NCBI GenBank assembly: GCA_913052055.1 | Contig: CAJXDT010000008.1 | Coordinates: 539 to 64,538, forward strand | Source of the DNA: an uncultured Cryomorphaceae bacterium | GTDB lineage: Bacteria > Bacteroidota > Bacteroidia > Flavobacteriales_D > Crocinitomicaceae | Direction: 5' to 3' | Length of the DNA stretch: 64,000 bases | Part shown: one piece after another, positions 46,714 through 57,502 of the stretch | Layout of the letters: every line of letters begins with the position of its first letter | Position numbering within the stretch: position 1 is the stretch's first letter | Notes under the pieces: model-generated | What the model was told of the DNA's origin: nothing | What the model saw: only the letters and a program-made list of their open reading frames with translations | Databases searched by the model: none | Made by a program: the position numbers and the translations under genes

Positions 46714-46733
46714 TCAAGAAAAACCTTTCTTGA
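46714..46733 (+). promoter_or_regulatory. perfect 8-bp hairpin/palindrome in the nrdB leader
   Basis: TCAAGAAA-aacc-TTTCTTGA lies 50 nt upstream of the nrdB ATG, within a 465-bp stretch lacking credible ORFs. Confidence 0.25.
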
Positions 46734-46783
46734 CCAAAGCTGACTCCCTTGATATTTTAAAAACCAGATAACATTAAAAAAAC

Positions 46784-47761
46784 ATGGCGGAAACAACAGA
46801 ACCAATCCTACAGGAAAACAACAACAGATTTGTTCTTTTCCCAATTCAACATGACGATATTTGGTCTTTTTATAAACGGGCAGAAGCAAGCTTTTGGACC
46901 GCTGAGGAAATTGATTTGTCTCCCGATTTAATTGATTGGGAAAACAAGCTCAATGACGATGAGAAACATTTCATCAAACATGTATTGGCCTTCTTTGCCG
47001 CATCGGACGGAATTGTCAACGAAAATCTTGCTGAAAACTTCCTTGCTGAAGTTCAATATACGGAAGCAAAGTTCTTTTATGGATTTCAAATTGCCATGGA
47101 AAACGTGCACTCGGAAACCTACTCCCTATTAATCGATTCTTATATCAAAGACAGCGCTGAAAAAAAACACCTATTCAATGCTATTGATACACTTGATTGT
47201 GTCAAGAAAAAAGCAGACTGGGCCCTACGATGGATTGATAAAGGATCATATGCTGAGCGTCTTATTGCGTTTGCAGCCGTGGAAGGAATATTCTTTTCAG
47301 GGTCTTTCTGCTCCATATTCTGGTTGAAAAAAAGAGGGCTAATGCCAGGCCTCTCTTTCTCAAACGAGTTGATCTCAAGAGATGAGGGACTTCATTGTGA
47401 TTTTGCGTGCCTATTATATACCAAACACCTTAAAAACATGCTTCCAAAAGAGCAGGTCACAGAAATAATAAAAGATGCTGTCGAAATAGAAAAAGAATTT
47501 GTCACTGACGCACTTCCTGTTCGACTAATTGGAATGAATAGCGACTTGATGATTCAATATATTGAGTTTGTTGCTGACAGACTTCTAGTCGAACTTGGTA
47601 ATGAAAAGGTTTATGACGCAAAAAATCCTTTCGGGTTTATGGAAATGATTTCCATTCAGGGTAAAACCAACTTCTTTGAAAAAAGAGTGGGAGAATATCA
47701 AAAAGCAGGCGTGTTATCGGGAGATAACAACCAAAGCTTCAGCTTAGATGAAGATTTTTAA
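46784..47761 (+). CDS. nrdB: class Ia ribonucleotide reductase, beta (R2) subunit
   Basis: Diiron/tyrosyl motifs 'ENVHSETYS', '[12 protein letters not shown]' and '[11 protein letters not shown]'. The acidic C-terminal tail '...SLDEDF' fits R1 binding. Confidence 0.9.
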   Translation: MAETTEPILQENNNRFVLFPIQHDDIWSFYKRAEASFWTAEEIDLSPDLIDWENKLNDDEKHFIKHVLAFFAASDGIVNENLAENFLAEVQYTEAKFFYGFQIAMENVHSETYSLLIDSYIKDSAEKKHLFNAIDTLDCVKKKADWALRWIDKGSYAERLIAFAAVEGIFFSGSFCSIFWLKKRGLMPGLSFSNELISRDEGLHCDFACLLYTKHLKNMLPKEQVTEIIKDAVEIEKEFVTDALPVRLIGMNSDLMIQYIEFVADRLLVELGNEKVYDAKNPFGFMEMISIQGKTNFFEKRVGEYQKAGVLSGDNNQSFSLDEDF

Positions 47762-47784
47762 TAACTGAGAAAAGAGAAGAGACG

Positions 47785-50130
47785 ATGTACGTAGTTAAGA
47801 GAGATAGTAGAAAAGAGCCTGTAAAATTTGATAAAATTACAGCGAGAATAATCAAAATGTGTTACGGCCTAGACCCATTGGTTTCACCAGAGGCCGTGGC
47901 TATGAAAGTTATTGAAGGAATTTATGATGGTGTTACCACAACTGACCTAGATGATCTTGCGGCAGAAGTCGCTGCAGCCAAAACAATTGACCACCCCGAT
48001 TATGCATTATTGGCCTCGAGAATAGCAGTATCAAATTTGCACAAAGACACCAAAAAAACCTTTTCTGAGGTTATGGGGGACTTGTACAATTACATTGATC
48101 CGAAAACAGGTGAAAATGCGGCGCTTCTATCAGAAGAAGTTTATTCCATTATTATGGAAAACAAAGACCTTTTCGACTCTAATATTATTTATGATCGTGA
48201 CTTCAGATATGACTACTTTGGTTTCAAAACCCTAACGCGATCATACCTGATGAAGCTGAACGGAAAAATCGTTGAGCGCCCTCAGCAGATGCTTATGAGG
48301 GTGTCAATTGGTATTCACAAGAACGATGTAGAAGCAGCATTAAAAACTTACAACCTAATGTCAGAAGGTTGGTTTACTCATGCTACACCAACATTATTTA
48401 ATTCAGGCACACCAAAACCACAAATGTCTTCTTGCTTCTTATTGACAACCAAGGAGGATAGCATTAACGGTATTTATGATACACTAAAGTCATGTGCGCA
48501 AATATCTCAGTCTGCAGGCGGAATTGGCTTGTCAATTCATGACATAAGAGCAACGGGCTCATACATAAAAGGAACTAATGGAGAATCCAATGGTATTGTT
48601 CCAATGCTTCGAGTATTTAATGATACTGCGCGTTATGTGGACCAAGGAGGGGGTAAAAGAAAAGGTTCTTTTGCCATTTATCTCGAGCCATGGCATGCTG
48701 ATGTTTTTGACTTCCTGGATCTAAAAAAGAATCATGGGAAAGAGGAGCAACGCGCTAGAGATTTATTCTATGCGCTTTGGATACCTGATCTATTTATGAA
48801 GCGTGTAAAAGAGAATGGTGACTGGACCTTGATGTGTCCGCACGAATGCCCTGGGTTGTCGGATACGCACAGCAAAGAATTTGAAAAGCTTTACACGAAG
48901 TATGAAAAAGCTGGTAAAGGAAGAAAAACCATCAAGGCGCAGGACCTTTGGTTTAAAATTCTTGAATCTCAAATAGAAACAGGTACACCTTATATGTTGT
49001 ACAAAGACGCAGCAAACGCAAAGTCTAATCAACAAAACCTTGGTGTAATCAAATCTTCTAACCTGTGTACGGAAATCATCGAATATACCGCTCCTGACGA
49101 GGTAGCAGTGTGTAACTTGGCATCATTGGCACTTCCAAAATATATCAATGACGACAAATCATTTGATTTTGAGAAGCTCTTTAATGTAACCTACCAAGCG
49201 ACCCTGAATCTAAATAAGATTATTGACGGTAATTACTACCCTGTTGAAGAGGCGCGCAATTCTAATATGCGACACCGACCAATTGGTCTTGGTGTTCAAG
49301 GGTTGGCTGACGCTTTCATTTTAATGGGACATCCCTTTGAATCTAAAGAAGCAAAGGCTTTGAATCAAGAGATCTTCGAAACGATATATTTTGCATCTAT
49401 GACTGCCTCAAAAGACCTGGCAAAAGAACATGGTCATTATGAAACCTACCCAGGATCACCAGTCTCAAAAGGAATCTTTCAATACGATATGTGGAATGTT
49501 ACTCCTACTGATCGTTGGGAGTGGAAACTCTTGAAAGACGAAGTGAAAAAATACGGTGTGCGTAACTCTCTTTTACTTGCCCCAATGCCAACTGCCTCAA
49601 CAGCACAAATATTAGGAAACAATGAGTGCTTTGAACCATACACGTCAAATATCTACACGAGACGCGTACTTTCTGGAGAGTTCATTATCGTAAATAAGCA
49701 TTTACTGAAAGATCTCGTAAAGGAGAATTTATGGAATTCAGATATGCGACAAAAGATAATGGCTGCAAACGGATCCGTACAGAATATTGAGGAGGTTCCA
49801 CAAAAAATCAAAGACCTATACAAAACTGCATGGGAAATTTCTCAAAAGTCAATCATTGAGCAGGCTGCAGATCGAGGTGCCTATATCTGTCAAAGCCAGT
49901 CATTGAATATTTTTATGGAAAATGCAAACTTTGGTAAGCTCACATCAATGCATTTCTACGGATGGGAAAAAGGATTAAAAACCGGAATGTACTACCTAAG
50001 AACCAAGGCAGCTACAGACGCAATTAAGTTTACTGTTGACAAGTCTGTTGTTGAAAACACAGCCTCCAAATCAGAGGCCGAGGCATGCGCTATCGATAAT
50101 GGCGATGATTGTGAAATGTGCTCTGGTTAA
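47785..50130 (+). CDS. nrdA: class Ia ribonucleotide reductase, alpha (R1) subunit
   Basis: ATP-cone '[20 protein letters not shown]', catalytic 'SSNLCTEI', and C-terminal redox pair 'CEMCSG'. Confidence 0.95.
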   Translation: MYVVKRDSRKEPVKFDKITARIIKMCYGLDPLVSPEAVAMKVIEGIYDGVTTTDLDDLAAEVAAAKTIDHPDYALLASRIAVSNLHKDTKKTFSEVMGDLYNYIDPKTGENAALLSEEVYSIIMENKDLFDSNIIYDRDFRYDYFGFKTLTRSYLMKLNGKIVERPQQMLMRVSIGIHKNDVEAALKTYNLMSEGWFTHATPTLFNSGTPKPQMSSCFLLTTKEDSINGIYDTLKSCAQISQSAGGIGLSIHDIRATGSYIKGTNGESNGIVPMLRVFNDTARYVDQGGGKRKGSFAIYLEPWHADVFDFLDLKKNHGKEEQRARDLFYALWIPDLFMKRVKENGDWTLMCPHECPGLSDTHSKEFEKLYTKYEKAGKGRKTIKAQDLWFKILESQIETGTPYMLYKDAANAKSNQQNLGVIKSSNLCTEIIEYTAPDEVAVCNLASLALPKYINDDKSFDFEKLFNVTYQATLNLNKIIDGNYYPVEEARNSNMRHRPIGLGVQGLADAFILMGHPFESKEAKALNQEIFETIYFASMTASKDLAKEHGHYETYPGSPVSKGIFQYDMWNVTPTDRWEWKLLKDEVKKYGVRNSLLLAPMPTASTAQILGNNECFEPYTSNIYTRRVLSGEFIIVNKHLLKDLVKENLWNSDMRQKIMAANGSVQNIEEVPQKIKDLYKTAWEISQKSIIEQAADRGAYICQSQSLNIFMENANFGKLTSMHFYGWEKGLKTGMYYLRTKAATDAIKFTVDKSVVENTASKSEAEACAIDNGDDCEMCSG

Positions 50131-50160
50131 TTTCAAATAATAATTAATAGAAAATAAATA

Positions 50161-50194
50161 GGGGGACGCGCTTAGCTCCCCCATTTGTTTTTTT
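50161..50194 (+). terminator. rho-independent terminator after nrdA
   Basis: GGGGGA-cgcgcttagc-TCCCCC followed by 'atttgttttttt', 30 nt after the nrdA stop. Confidence 0.6.
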
Positions 50195-50221
50195 AATAAA
50201 AATGCAAACCCATCAATAAAA

Positions 50222-51742
50222 ATGAAAAAAATCCAATCTGCTCTGATATCTGTTTACTACAAAGATGGTCTAGATGAAATTGTAAAAGAATTAAATGCAC
50301 AAGGTGTTCAGATATACTCTACGGGTGGCACACAGTCCTTCATTGAGTCCCAAAATATACCTGTTACTCCTGTGGAATCACTTACCGAATATCCGTCTAT
50401 TCTTGGCGGCCGTGTAAAAACCTTACATCCAAAAATATTTGGCGGGATTTTAAATAGAAGGAATTTAAAAGAAGATCAAGAAACAATTGAGGAATATAAT
50501 ATCCCTGCATTAGACCTCGTAATTGTTGACCTTTACCCCTTCGAAGAAGTCGTTGCCTCAAAAGCCCCCCATTCCGATATTATTGAAAAAATTGACATCG
50601 GAGGTATATCATTAATCAGAGCTGCCGCCAAAAACTATGCTGATGTTTTGGTCGTTTCCTCAACACATCAATATTCCGCTTTTTTAAGCGAATTAAAAGC
50701 CCAGGATGGCGCTTTTAGCCTTGAACAAAGAAAGTCTTATGCTGGAGCCTCGTTTCAGATTTCTTCGCATTATGACACTTCCATTTTCAATTATTTCGAA
50801 CAGGAATCGAATGACGTGTTGAAAATCAGCAATACGCAAAAGCGTTCATTACGCTATGGTGAGAACCCGCATCAAAAAGGAATGTTTTTTGGTGACTTCA
50901 ACGCTGTATTCAATCAGCTTCACGGAAAAGAGCTTTCTTATAACAACCTACTGGATGTTGACGCTGCGACTAATTTAATGCAAGAGTTTATCAATGACGG
51001 ACCAACATTCGCCATTATGAAACATAACAATGCCTGTGGGTTGAGCACAAGAGCATCAATCAAAGAGGCCTATGAATGTGCTTTAGCTGGAGACCCAGTG
51101 AGTGCTTTTGGCGGAGTCTTGATCTCAAATACAGCAATTGACAAACCTACTGCAGAGCTCATCAATAGCCTTTTCTGTGAGGTGCTGATTGCCCCCGCAT
51201 ACGATGCAGCTGGTTTAGAAATATTAAAACAAAAAAAGAATAGAATCCTTTTAGAATCTAAACCATTATTAGCGAGTAAACAAAGTGTTCGATCTGTTTT
51301 AAACGGCTTCCTCGTTCAGGATAAAGATGTGGTCATTGAAACAGAGGCTTCGCTAAAGAATGCAACGAATGAAAAGCCTTCAAGCGACGAAATAAAAGAC
51401 TTATTGTTTGCGAATAAAATCGCAAAACACACGAAATCAAATACTATTGTTCTGGCTAAAGACTTACAATTACTAGCCAGCGGTACGGGACAAACCTCCA
51501 GAGTGGATGCGCTCCGTCAAGCGATTCATAAAGCAAAGTCTTTTGAATTTGATTTGAAAGGTTCCGTAATGGCAAGCGACGCTTTTTTCCCTTTTCCCGA
51601 TTGTGTTGAAATTGCGCATAATGAGGGAGTCGACACTGTTATTCAGCCTGGCGGATCAATAAAAGACAAGTTATCGATTGATTACTGTGATGCAAATAAT
51701 ATGAAAATGGTTTTTACAGGAATTCGTCATTTCAAACATTAA
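50222..51742 (+). CDS. purH: bifunctional AICAR transformylase / IMP cyclohydrolase
   Basis: MGS-like N-domain 'ALISVYYKDGL...STGGT', 'RVKTLHPKI.GGIL', and an AICARFT domain ending '...GIRHFKH'. Confidence 0.95.
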   Translation: MKKIQSALISVYYKDGLDEIVKELNAQGVQIYSTGGTQSFIESQNIPVTPVESLTEYPSILGGRVKTLHPKIFGGILNRRNLKEDQETIEEYNIPALDLVIVDLYPFEEVVASKAPHSDIIEKIDIGGISLIRAAAKNYADVLVVSSTHQYSAFLSELKAQDGAFSLEQRKSYAGASFQISSHYDTSIFNYFEQESNDVLKISNTQKRSLRYGENPHQKGMFFGDFNAVFNQLHGKELSYNNLLDVDAATNLMQEFINDGPTFAIMKHNNACGLSTRASIKEAYECALAGDPVSAFGGVLISNTAIDKPTAELINSLFCEVLIAPAYDAAGLEILKQKKNRILLESKPLLASKQSVRSVLNGFLVQDKDVVIETEASLKNATNEKPSSDEIKDLLFANKIAKHTKSNTIVLAKDLQLLASGTGQTSRVDALRQAIHKAKSFEFDLKGSVMASDAFFPFPDCVEIAHNEGVDTVIQPGGSIKDKLSIDYCDANNMKMVFTGIRHFKH

Positions 51743-51817
51743 CTTTAGTATATTTGAAAAAGCTCCTTATTACTAGAGGAACTCATTCAAAATACAAGTA
51801 CAGAAGGGATCGTTAAT

Positions 51818-52843
51818 ATGGGTATTTTTAGTTTTTTAACACAAGAAATTGCAATAGATTTAGGAACAGCAAACACGCTGATCATTTGGAATGATAAAGT
51901 CGTCGTCGATGAACCCTCTATAGTTGCAAAAGATATTCAGTCAGGCAAAATAGTCGCCATCGGAAAAAAGGCGCAACAAATGCATGGGAAAACCCACAAG
52001 CTCATTGAAACAGTTCGCCCTTTAAAAGACGGAGTAATCGCAGACTTTCAGAGTGCCGAGCAAATGATTCGTGGAATGATTAAAATGATCAACTCTGGAA
52101 GAAGCTTGTTCAACCCTACCCTAAGAATGGTCATTTGTATTCCTTCCGGGATCACAGAAGTTGAAAAACGAGCGGTTAGAGATTCTGCAGAACACGCCGG
52201 AGCAAAAGAAGTATACCTGATTCATGAACCAATGGCTGCTGCCATTGGAATTGGCATTGATGTTGAAGAACCGATGGGTAATATGATTATTGATATAGGT
52301 GGAGGGACATCAGAAATCGCAGTCATCGCCCTTGGAGGAATTGTTTGTGATAAATCAATTCGCATTGCTGGAGATGATTTCACGAACGATATTGAAGAAT
52401 ACATGAGACGTCAGCACAATATCCTAGTGGGTGAAAGAACAGCTGAGCAAATAAAGATAGAGGTTGGTGCAGCGCTTCCCGAATTAGCAGATCCTCCTGC
52501 AGAATACGCAGTAAGAGGACGTGATTTAATGACGGGGATTCCAAAAGAAATATTAGTTTCCTACACCGAAGTGGCTCACGCGCTGGATAAAACAATTTCG
52601 AAAATCGAAGAAGCTATTTTGAGCGCACTAGAAATGACTCCTCCTGAGCTATCTGCTGACATCTATAAAACGGGGATTTATCTTGCAGGTGGTGGTTCTA
52701 TGTTGAGAGGTTTAGATGACAGAATTTCTTCCAAAACAAAATTACCAGTTCATATCGCAGAAGATCCATTAAGAGCGGTTGCCAGAGGAACTAGTATTGC
52801 CCTAAAAAACATAGACAAATACCAGTTCTTAATCAAGGACTAA
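51818..52843 (+). CDS. mreB: rod shape-determining protein MreB
   Basis: Actin-fold motifs 'IAIDLGTANTLI', 'IDIGGGTSEIAV' and 'LAGGGSMLRGL'. Confidence 0.95.
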   Translation: MGIFSFLTQEIAIDLGTANTLIIWNDKVVVDEPSIVAKDIQSGKIVAIGKKAQQMHGKTHKLIETVRPLKDGVIADFQSAEQMIRGMIKMINSGRSLFNPTLRMVICIPSGITEVEKRAVRDSAEHAGAKEVYLIHEPMAAAIGIGIDVEEPMGNMIIDIGGGTSEIAVIALGGIVCDKSIRIAGDDFTNDIEEYMRRQHNILVGERTAEQIKIEVGAALPELADPPAEYAVRGRDLMTGIPKEILVSYTEVAHALDKTISKIEEAILSALEMTPPELSADIYKTGIYLAGGGSMLRGLDDRISSKTKLPVHIAEDPLRAVARGTSIALKNIDKYQFLIKD

Positions 52844-52896
52844 TCTTCTTCAATTTTCAGAATTCAAGAGCGCTATTCTAAGGTACTTTCTTATCT

Positions 52897-53721
52897 TTGA
52901 TTATGCAGAATTTAATCGCATTTATCAGACGCCTTCGTTTCTTCATCGTTTTCTTAGTGCTTCAGTTTTTTGCCCTCTCTATGTACGTGTCATTTATGTC
53001 TGCGCCCAGAAGCAGCTACTTTACGACTGCCTCATATATCACTGGTAATTTATTTGAAATAAGACACTCGGTTTCACAGCACTTTCTTCTCGAAAAAAAT
53101 AATGAGGCATTACAAAAAGAGAATATCGATCTCCGCAAAAGCTCTTCACTTTTTTTGTACGATGAGAAAGCTCAGGAATCAAGGGTGATAGATTCTACAT
53201 TCGTCCAACAGTATGATTATATACCAGGAACTATTATCAATTCTACGACAATGAAAAGGGATAATTTCTTCACGCTCAACATTGGGGATCTTCAGGGAAT
53301 AAAAAAGGGTATGGGCGTCTTTTCAAGCAACGGTATTGTAGGAATCGTTCACAATACGAGTGAGCACTTCAGCGTCGTTAAAAGCGTTCTCACAAAAAAC
53401 ATAAACATTGATGTCTTATTGACCGAGGTAGGCGCTTCTGGAATGCTAAAATGGAATGGAGAAAACTCAAATATTGGTTATATCGCAGGTGTCAGTAACG
53501 ATATTGCTATTCCAATAGGCAGTAAGGTTGTCACAAGCGGAGGCAGTGGTATTTTTCCAAGGGGAATTGAAGTAGGAGTCGTAAAAAAGACACACACGAT
53601 TGAAGGAGAGGCGTCTTGGCACATTGCTATAGAGTTCTCCCAAAAATATGCCGCTCTAGAGAATATTTATGTCGTGAAGAACCTGTTTCTTGACGAATTC
53701 AAAACAGTTCAAAACCAATAA
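52897..53721 (+). CDS. mreC: rod shape-determining protein MreC
   Basis: N-terminal TM, coiled 'LEKNNEALQKENIDLRK', and beta-barrel domains with 'GMGVFSSNGIVGIV'. The ORF-track start at 52897 is a TTG; the ATG at 52903 (MQNLIAF...) is the more likely start. Confidence 0.8.
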   Translation: MIMQNLIAFIRRLRFFIVFLVLQFFALSMYVSFMSAPRSSYFTTASYITGNLFEIRHSVSQHFLLEKNNEALQKENIDLRKSSSLFLYDEKAQESRVIDSTFVQQYDYIPGTIINSTTMKRDNFFTLNIGDLQGIKKGMGVFSSNGIVGIVHNTSEHFSVVKSVLTKNINIDVLLTEVGASGMLKWNGENSNIGYIAGVSNDIAIPIGSKVVTSGGSGIFPRGIEVGVVKKTHTIEGEASWHIAIEFSQKYAALENIYVVKNLFLDEFKTVQNQ

Positions 53722-54231
53722 ATGTCACAACTACAAATTTACTTTTTGAGGCTGCTCTTGTTTCTGTTTTTGCAATCATTTATTTTCAATCAACTCGAAA
53801 TTAGCGCATCAATTCATGTCATGATTGCCCCTTTATATCTTTTTTTACTGCCTTTTGATCGGTCGATACTAAGCCTCCTTCTGATTGCGCTCGTTCTAGG
53901 AGTTGCCATTGATGCCACATCAAATACCTTTGGTCTGCACACCTCTTCTTTGCTTCTTTTTGCCTATCTGAGACCCATTATTTTCCGTGTGTTTTCACCC
54001 CGAGACGGTTACGATTCACTCAAGAGTCCTTCAATCTTTGACATGGGTAATCGATGGTTTATTTCAACTTTTTCAATTCTACTGTTCAGCCACCATTTAT
54101 GGTTTTTTATTTTGGAAGCTTTCTCCTTCAGCGAAACCTTGTTAATTCTTCAAAAAACCATTTTAAGCGGTGTAATTTCATTTGTTGTTTGTGTTATCTT
54201 ACAAACAATCTTTATTAAACGTGCCGGATAA
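53722..54231 (+). CDS. mreD: rod shape-determining protein MreD
   Basis: 169 aa and polytopic. It starts immediately after the mreC stop and ends immediately before mrdA. The call rests mainly on position and topology. Confidence 0.6.
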   Translation: MSQLQIYFLRLLLFLFLQSFIFNQLEISASIHVMIAPLYLFLLPFDRSILSLLLIALVLGVAIDATSNTFGLHTSSLLLFAYLRPIIFRVFSPRDGYDSLKSPSIFDMGNRWFISTFSILLFSHHLWFFILEAFSFSETLLILQKTILSGVISFVVCVILQTIFIKRAG

Positions 54232-56085
54232 TTGAATGTAGAGAATAGAAGATATGTCATAATTGCCTTTATTATTACTGTAGGGGTGATGTATATATTT
54301 CGACTTTTCTATATGCAGGTAATTGATGACTCTTGGAGCAACCGTGCACATCAAATAAGCGAAAAACGAAGAGAAATAACTCCGCCAAGGGCTGTTATTT
54401 TCGACAGAAACAAAACAAAAATTGTTGCCAACAAAACCTATTTTAACCTCATGGTCATTGAGGATAAAATGGGTCCCGATTTCGACACGCTCTCTTTTGC
54501 TAAGCTGATTGGTTGGAGTAAAAAAGAAGTTCACGAACGCTTTGCAGAAATCATCAAAGGAGAAGGAATCTACTATAACCGACATAATGATACACGAATA
54601 TCAAACTATCAACGTATTAGACCCTACCCTTTTTTAAAGGAATTAACCAAAGAGGAAATGGCGAAAATAGCGCCTTATCTAGATGGCTTTCCAGGTTTTT
54701 TTGAGGAAGAAACAAGCATGCGCTACTATCCATACCCAAATGGCGCCAATATTCTTGGATATCTCTCTGAGGTCAATGCACGTGAAGTCAAAGCGGATAA
54801 GTTTTATAAACCAAGCTACAATATAGGTCGTTCAGGGATAGAGCGCTATTACGAAAAGGAGCTTCGTGGATTAAAAGGGGTTCATTATGTTGTTCGTTCT
54901 GCGCTCAACAATGATGTAAAAAAATATGAAGATGGAATATATGATACAGTTGCAAAGCAAGCGCCTTCGATTCAGCTAGGATTGGATATAAAACTTCAGG
55001 CCTACGGAGAAAAATTGATGCAAAATAAAAAAGGTTGTATTGTTGCCATTGAACCAAAGAGTGGTGAAATTTTGTCTATGGTTTCCGCTCCATCTTTTGA
55101 CCCAAATATTCTTGTAGGTAGAAGGAATGTAAGTGAATATTACCCAAAACTGCTTAAAAACGAGGACAAGCCATTATACCCAAGGCCAACTCAGGCAGAA
55201 TATCCGCCAGGATCGATTTTCAAATTGGTTCAGTCTCTTGTTGGTCTTCAAGAAGGGGTCTTAAAAGCGAATACGGGTTTTGCTTGCAACAAATCTCTTG
55301 TTGGGTGCCACAACCACCCTGCTCCCAACTCCATACAAAGGGCGGTTCAATATTCTTGTAATCCATATTTCTATTATGCCGTTAAAAGAATCATACAGCA
55401 AGGAAAAGAAAGCTCTATTTTCAAAGATGCCGCTTTAGGCCTCAACCTTTGGGAAAAATATATGCACAGCTTTGGTTTTGGTGAAAAACTAAAAAGTGAC
55501 TTAACTGGCTTACGTGCAGGAATTATTCCCAACACTTCGTTTTACAATCGTTGGTACGGAAAACACAGATGGGCTTTCTCAACAATTAGGTCTATTGCTA
55601 TTGGACAGGGAGAAGTGAAAATGACTCCACTTCATATGGCAAACCTCGCTGCAATTATGGCAAACAGAGGATGGTATTACGACCCGCATTTTGCCAAAAA
55701 GATCGGCGACACCCCTATAAATACATTCACCAAACACCAAACCATGGTAGAGGCAAAATATTTCGATCCTGTCATTCAAGGTATGTGGCGCGTTGTAAAT
55801 GAAGAAGCTGGCACAGCAGGAAGGGCTCGGATAGAAGGCATAGAGGTGTGTGGGAAAACTGGAACAGTGCAAAACCCACATGGAAAAGACCATTCTGTTT
55901 TTATTGCTTTTGCTCCTTTGGAAAACCCCCAAATTGCCATCGCGGTTATTGTCGAAAATGCCGGTTTTGGCGGTACTTGGGCCGCACCTATTGCAAGTCT
56001 TATGATTGAAAATTATTTGTTGAAAGACTGTAAAAGCCCTGAAAAAGAAAAAAGGGTCTTAGAGGCTAATTTATTAGAACCCTGA
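54232..56085 (+). CDS. mrdA: penicillin-binding protein 2 (elongasome transpeptidase)
   Basis: A TTG start abuts the mreD stop, and no ATG precedes the TM anchor 'YVIIAFIITVGVMYIF'. Motifs SxxK 'GSIFKLV' and 'CGKTGT'. Confidence 0.85.
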   Translation: MNVENRRYVIIAFIITVGVMYIFRLFYMQVIDDSWSNRAHQISEKRREITPPRAVIFDRNKTKIVANKTYFNLMVIEDKMGPDFDTLSFAKLIGWSKKEVHERFAEIIKGEGIYYNRHNDTRISNYQRIRPYPFLKELTKEEMAKIAPYLDGFPGFFEEETSMRYYPYPNGANILGYLSEVNAREVKADKFYKPSYNIGRSGIERYYEKELRGLKGVHYVVRSALNNDVKKYEDGIYDTVAKQAPSIQLGLDIKLQAYGEKLMQNKKGCIVAIEPKSGEILSMVSAPSFDPNILVGRRNVSEYYPKLLKNEDKPLYPRPTQAEYPPGSIFKLVQSLVGLQEGVLKANTGFACNKSLVGCHNHPAPNSIQRAVQYSCNPYFYYAVKRIIQQGKESSIFKDAALGLNLWEKYMHSFGFGEKLKSDLTGLRAGIIPNTSFYNRWYGKHRWAFSTIRSIAIGQGEVKMTPLHMANLAAIMANRGWYYDPHFAKKIGDTPINTFTKHQTMVEAKYFDPVIQGMWRVVNEEAGTAGRARIEGIEVCGKTGTVQNPHGKDHSVFIAFAPLENPQIAIAVIVENAGFGGTWAAPIASLMIENYLLKDCKSPEKEKRVLEANLLEP

Positions 56086-56087
56086 GT

Positions 56088-57479
56088 ATGAGAAAAAGTA
56101 AATCACTCATCAACAATTTAGACTGGCCATTATTTATTGGCTTTCTCTCCCTCATTGTATTTGGCCTAATCACCATTTATTCTGTTGCTTTTAACGAAGA
56201 GCACCCGAATATTTTTAGCTTTTCAGAAAAATATGGAAAGCAAATTATGTGGATTGGCATTGCCTTGTTTTTAGGTATAATGGTGTTTTTAATTGACTCT
56301 GATATCTACAAAAAGTTTGCTTTTCCCATATATCTTGCTACACTGTCCTTACTGGTAGTTGTATTATTTATGCCTCCTATCAATGGAGCACGCGCCTGGC
56401 TTGGAGTAGGTAGTATGGGGATACAACCTGCAGAATTTGCTAAAATCTCCACAGCTCTCTTGCTATCCAAATATGTGAGCTCACTGAACATGAGAGAATT
56501 AAGCGTAAAAAATGTTCTATTAGCCTTACTTATTCTTCTGATTCCAATGATCCTTATTTTATTACAGCCCGATGCCGGGACCTTTGTTGTATTTACAGCG
56601 TTTTTCTTCGTGCTATACAGAGAAGGGCTCACATTTGACCCTTTCCTATTAAAGTTTGTAAATCTAATTCCCAAAGTTCGATTCAAGCAGACCTGGCTCG
56701 GTAGCCACTTTATCCCTATTCTATTTGTTTTTGTTTTCTTATCCATAATCACCTTGCTATTTGGAGAAAAAAATATTCCCTTAATTCCGGGGCTCCAGTT
56801 ATACGGGTCAGTCGGTATTATTGCAACCTTATTTATTATGGGTGCGATCGGTAGCTTTTTTGTTCAACGGTTTGGGCTCAAAAGAGCAAAATCCAAAGCC
56901 CAGCTTATTATTATTTTATGTTTCATATTAGGCAGTGCGGTATCCCTTACAGTAGAAAAGTCCTTTGGAAGTTTGGCACAACACCAAAAGGACAGAATAG
57001 AGCTTTTTCTTGGCTTAAAGGAAGATCCTAATGGAAAAGACTACAACCGAAATAGGGCCATGGCAGCTGTTGGATCAGGAGGCCTTCTCGGAAAGGGATA
57101 TAAAAACGCTTCTGTTTCAAGTGTAAAAACCAACCACGTACCTGAAAGTGAAACCGACTTCATCTTCTGTCCCTTTGCAGAAGAATGGGGTTTTATCGGT
57201 AGCTTTTTTCTCGTTGCGCTCTACATCTTTATCATTGTTCGCATTTTAATTGTTGCTGAGCGGCAACGCTCTCAATTCAATAGGATTTATGCCTATTCCG
57301 TGGGGATGTTCTTTTTCTACCATTTCGCGGTAAATCTCGGAATGAATATTGGCTTTGCTCCTGTCATAGGAATCCCTTTACCCTTTTTTAGCTATGGAGG
57401 TTCTTCAATGCTCTCGTTTTCCATTATGGTATTTATTCTACTAAAACTTGACAGCCAAAGAAGACACGTACTTAGGTAA
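56088..57479 (+). CDS. rodA: SEDS-family peptidoglycan polymerase RodA
   Basis: 'IQPAEFAKI', 'PESETDFIF' and 'LPFFSYGGSS' are SEDS motifs. It follows mrdA by 2 nt. Confidence 0.85.
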   Translation: MRKSKSLINNLDWPLFIGFLSLIVFGLITIYSVAFNEEHPNIFSFSEKYGKQIMWIGIALFLGIMVFLIDSDIYKKFAFPIYLATLSLLVVVLFMPPINGARAWLGVGSMGIQPAEFAKISTALLLSKYVSSLNMRELSVKNVLLALLILLIPMILILLQPDAGTFVVFTAFFFVLYREGLTFDPFLLKFVNLIPKVRFKQTWLGSHFIPILFVFVFLSIITLLFGEKNIPLIPGLQLYGSVGIIATLFIMGAIGSFFVQRFGLKRAKSKAQLIIILCFILGSAVSLTVEKSFGSLAQHQKDRIELFLGLKEDPNGKDYNRNRAMAAVGSGGLLGKGYKNASVSSVKTNHVPESETDFIFCPFAEEWGFIGSFFLVALYIFIIVRILIVAERQRSQFNRIYAYSVGMFFFYHFAVNLGMNIGFAPVIGIPLPFFSYGGSSMLSFSIMVFILLKLDSQRRHVLR

Positions 57480-57502
57480 AAGATAAATTGTAATTTTGAA
57501 TA

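Noticed and set aside
54199-54585. 128-aa minus-strand ORF across the mreD/mrdA junction
   Set aside because: It lies antisense within a tightly coupled operon and shows no recognisable domain, signal or promoter context. Similar shadow ORFs occur at 31558-31959, 39804-40211, 56306-56752, 60857-61267 and 61461-61877, and I rejected them for the same reason.
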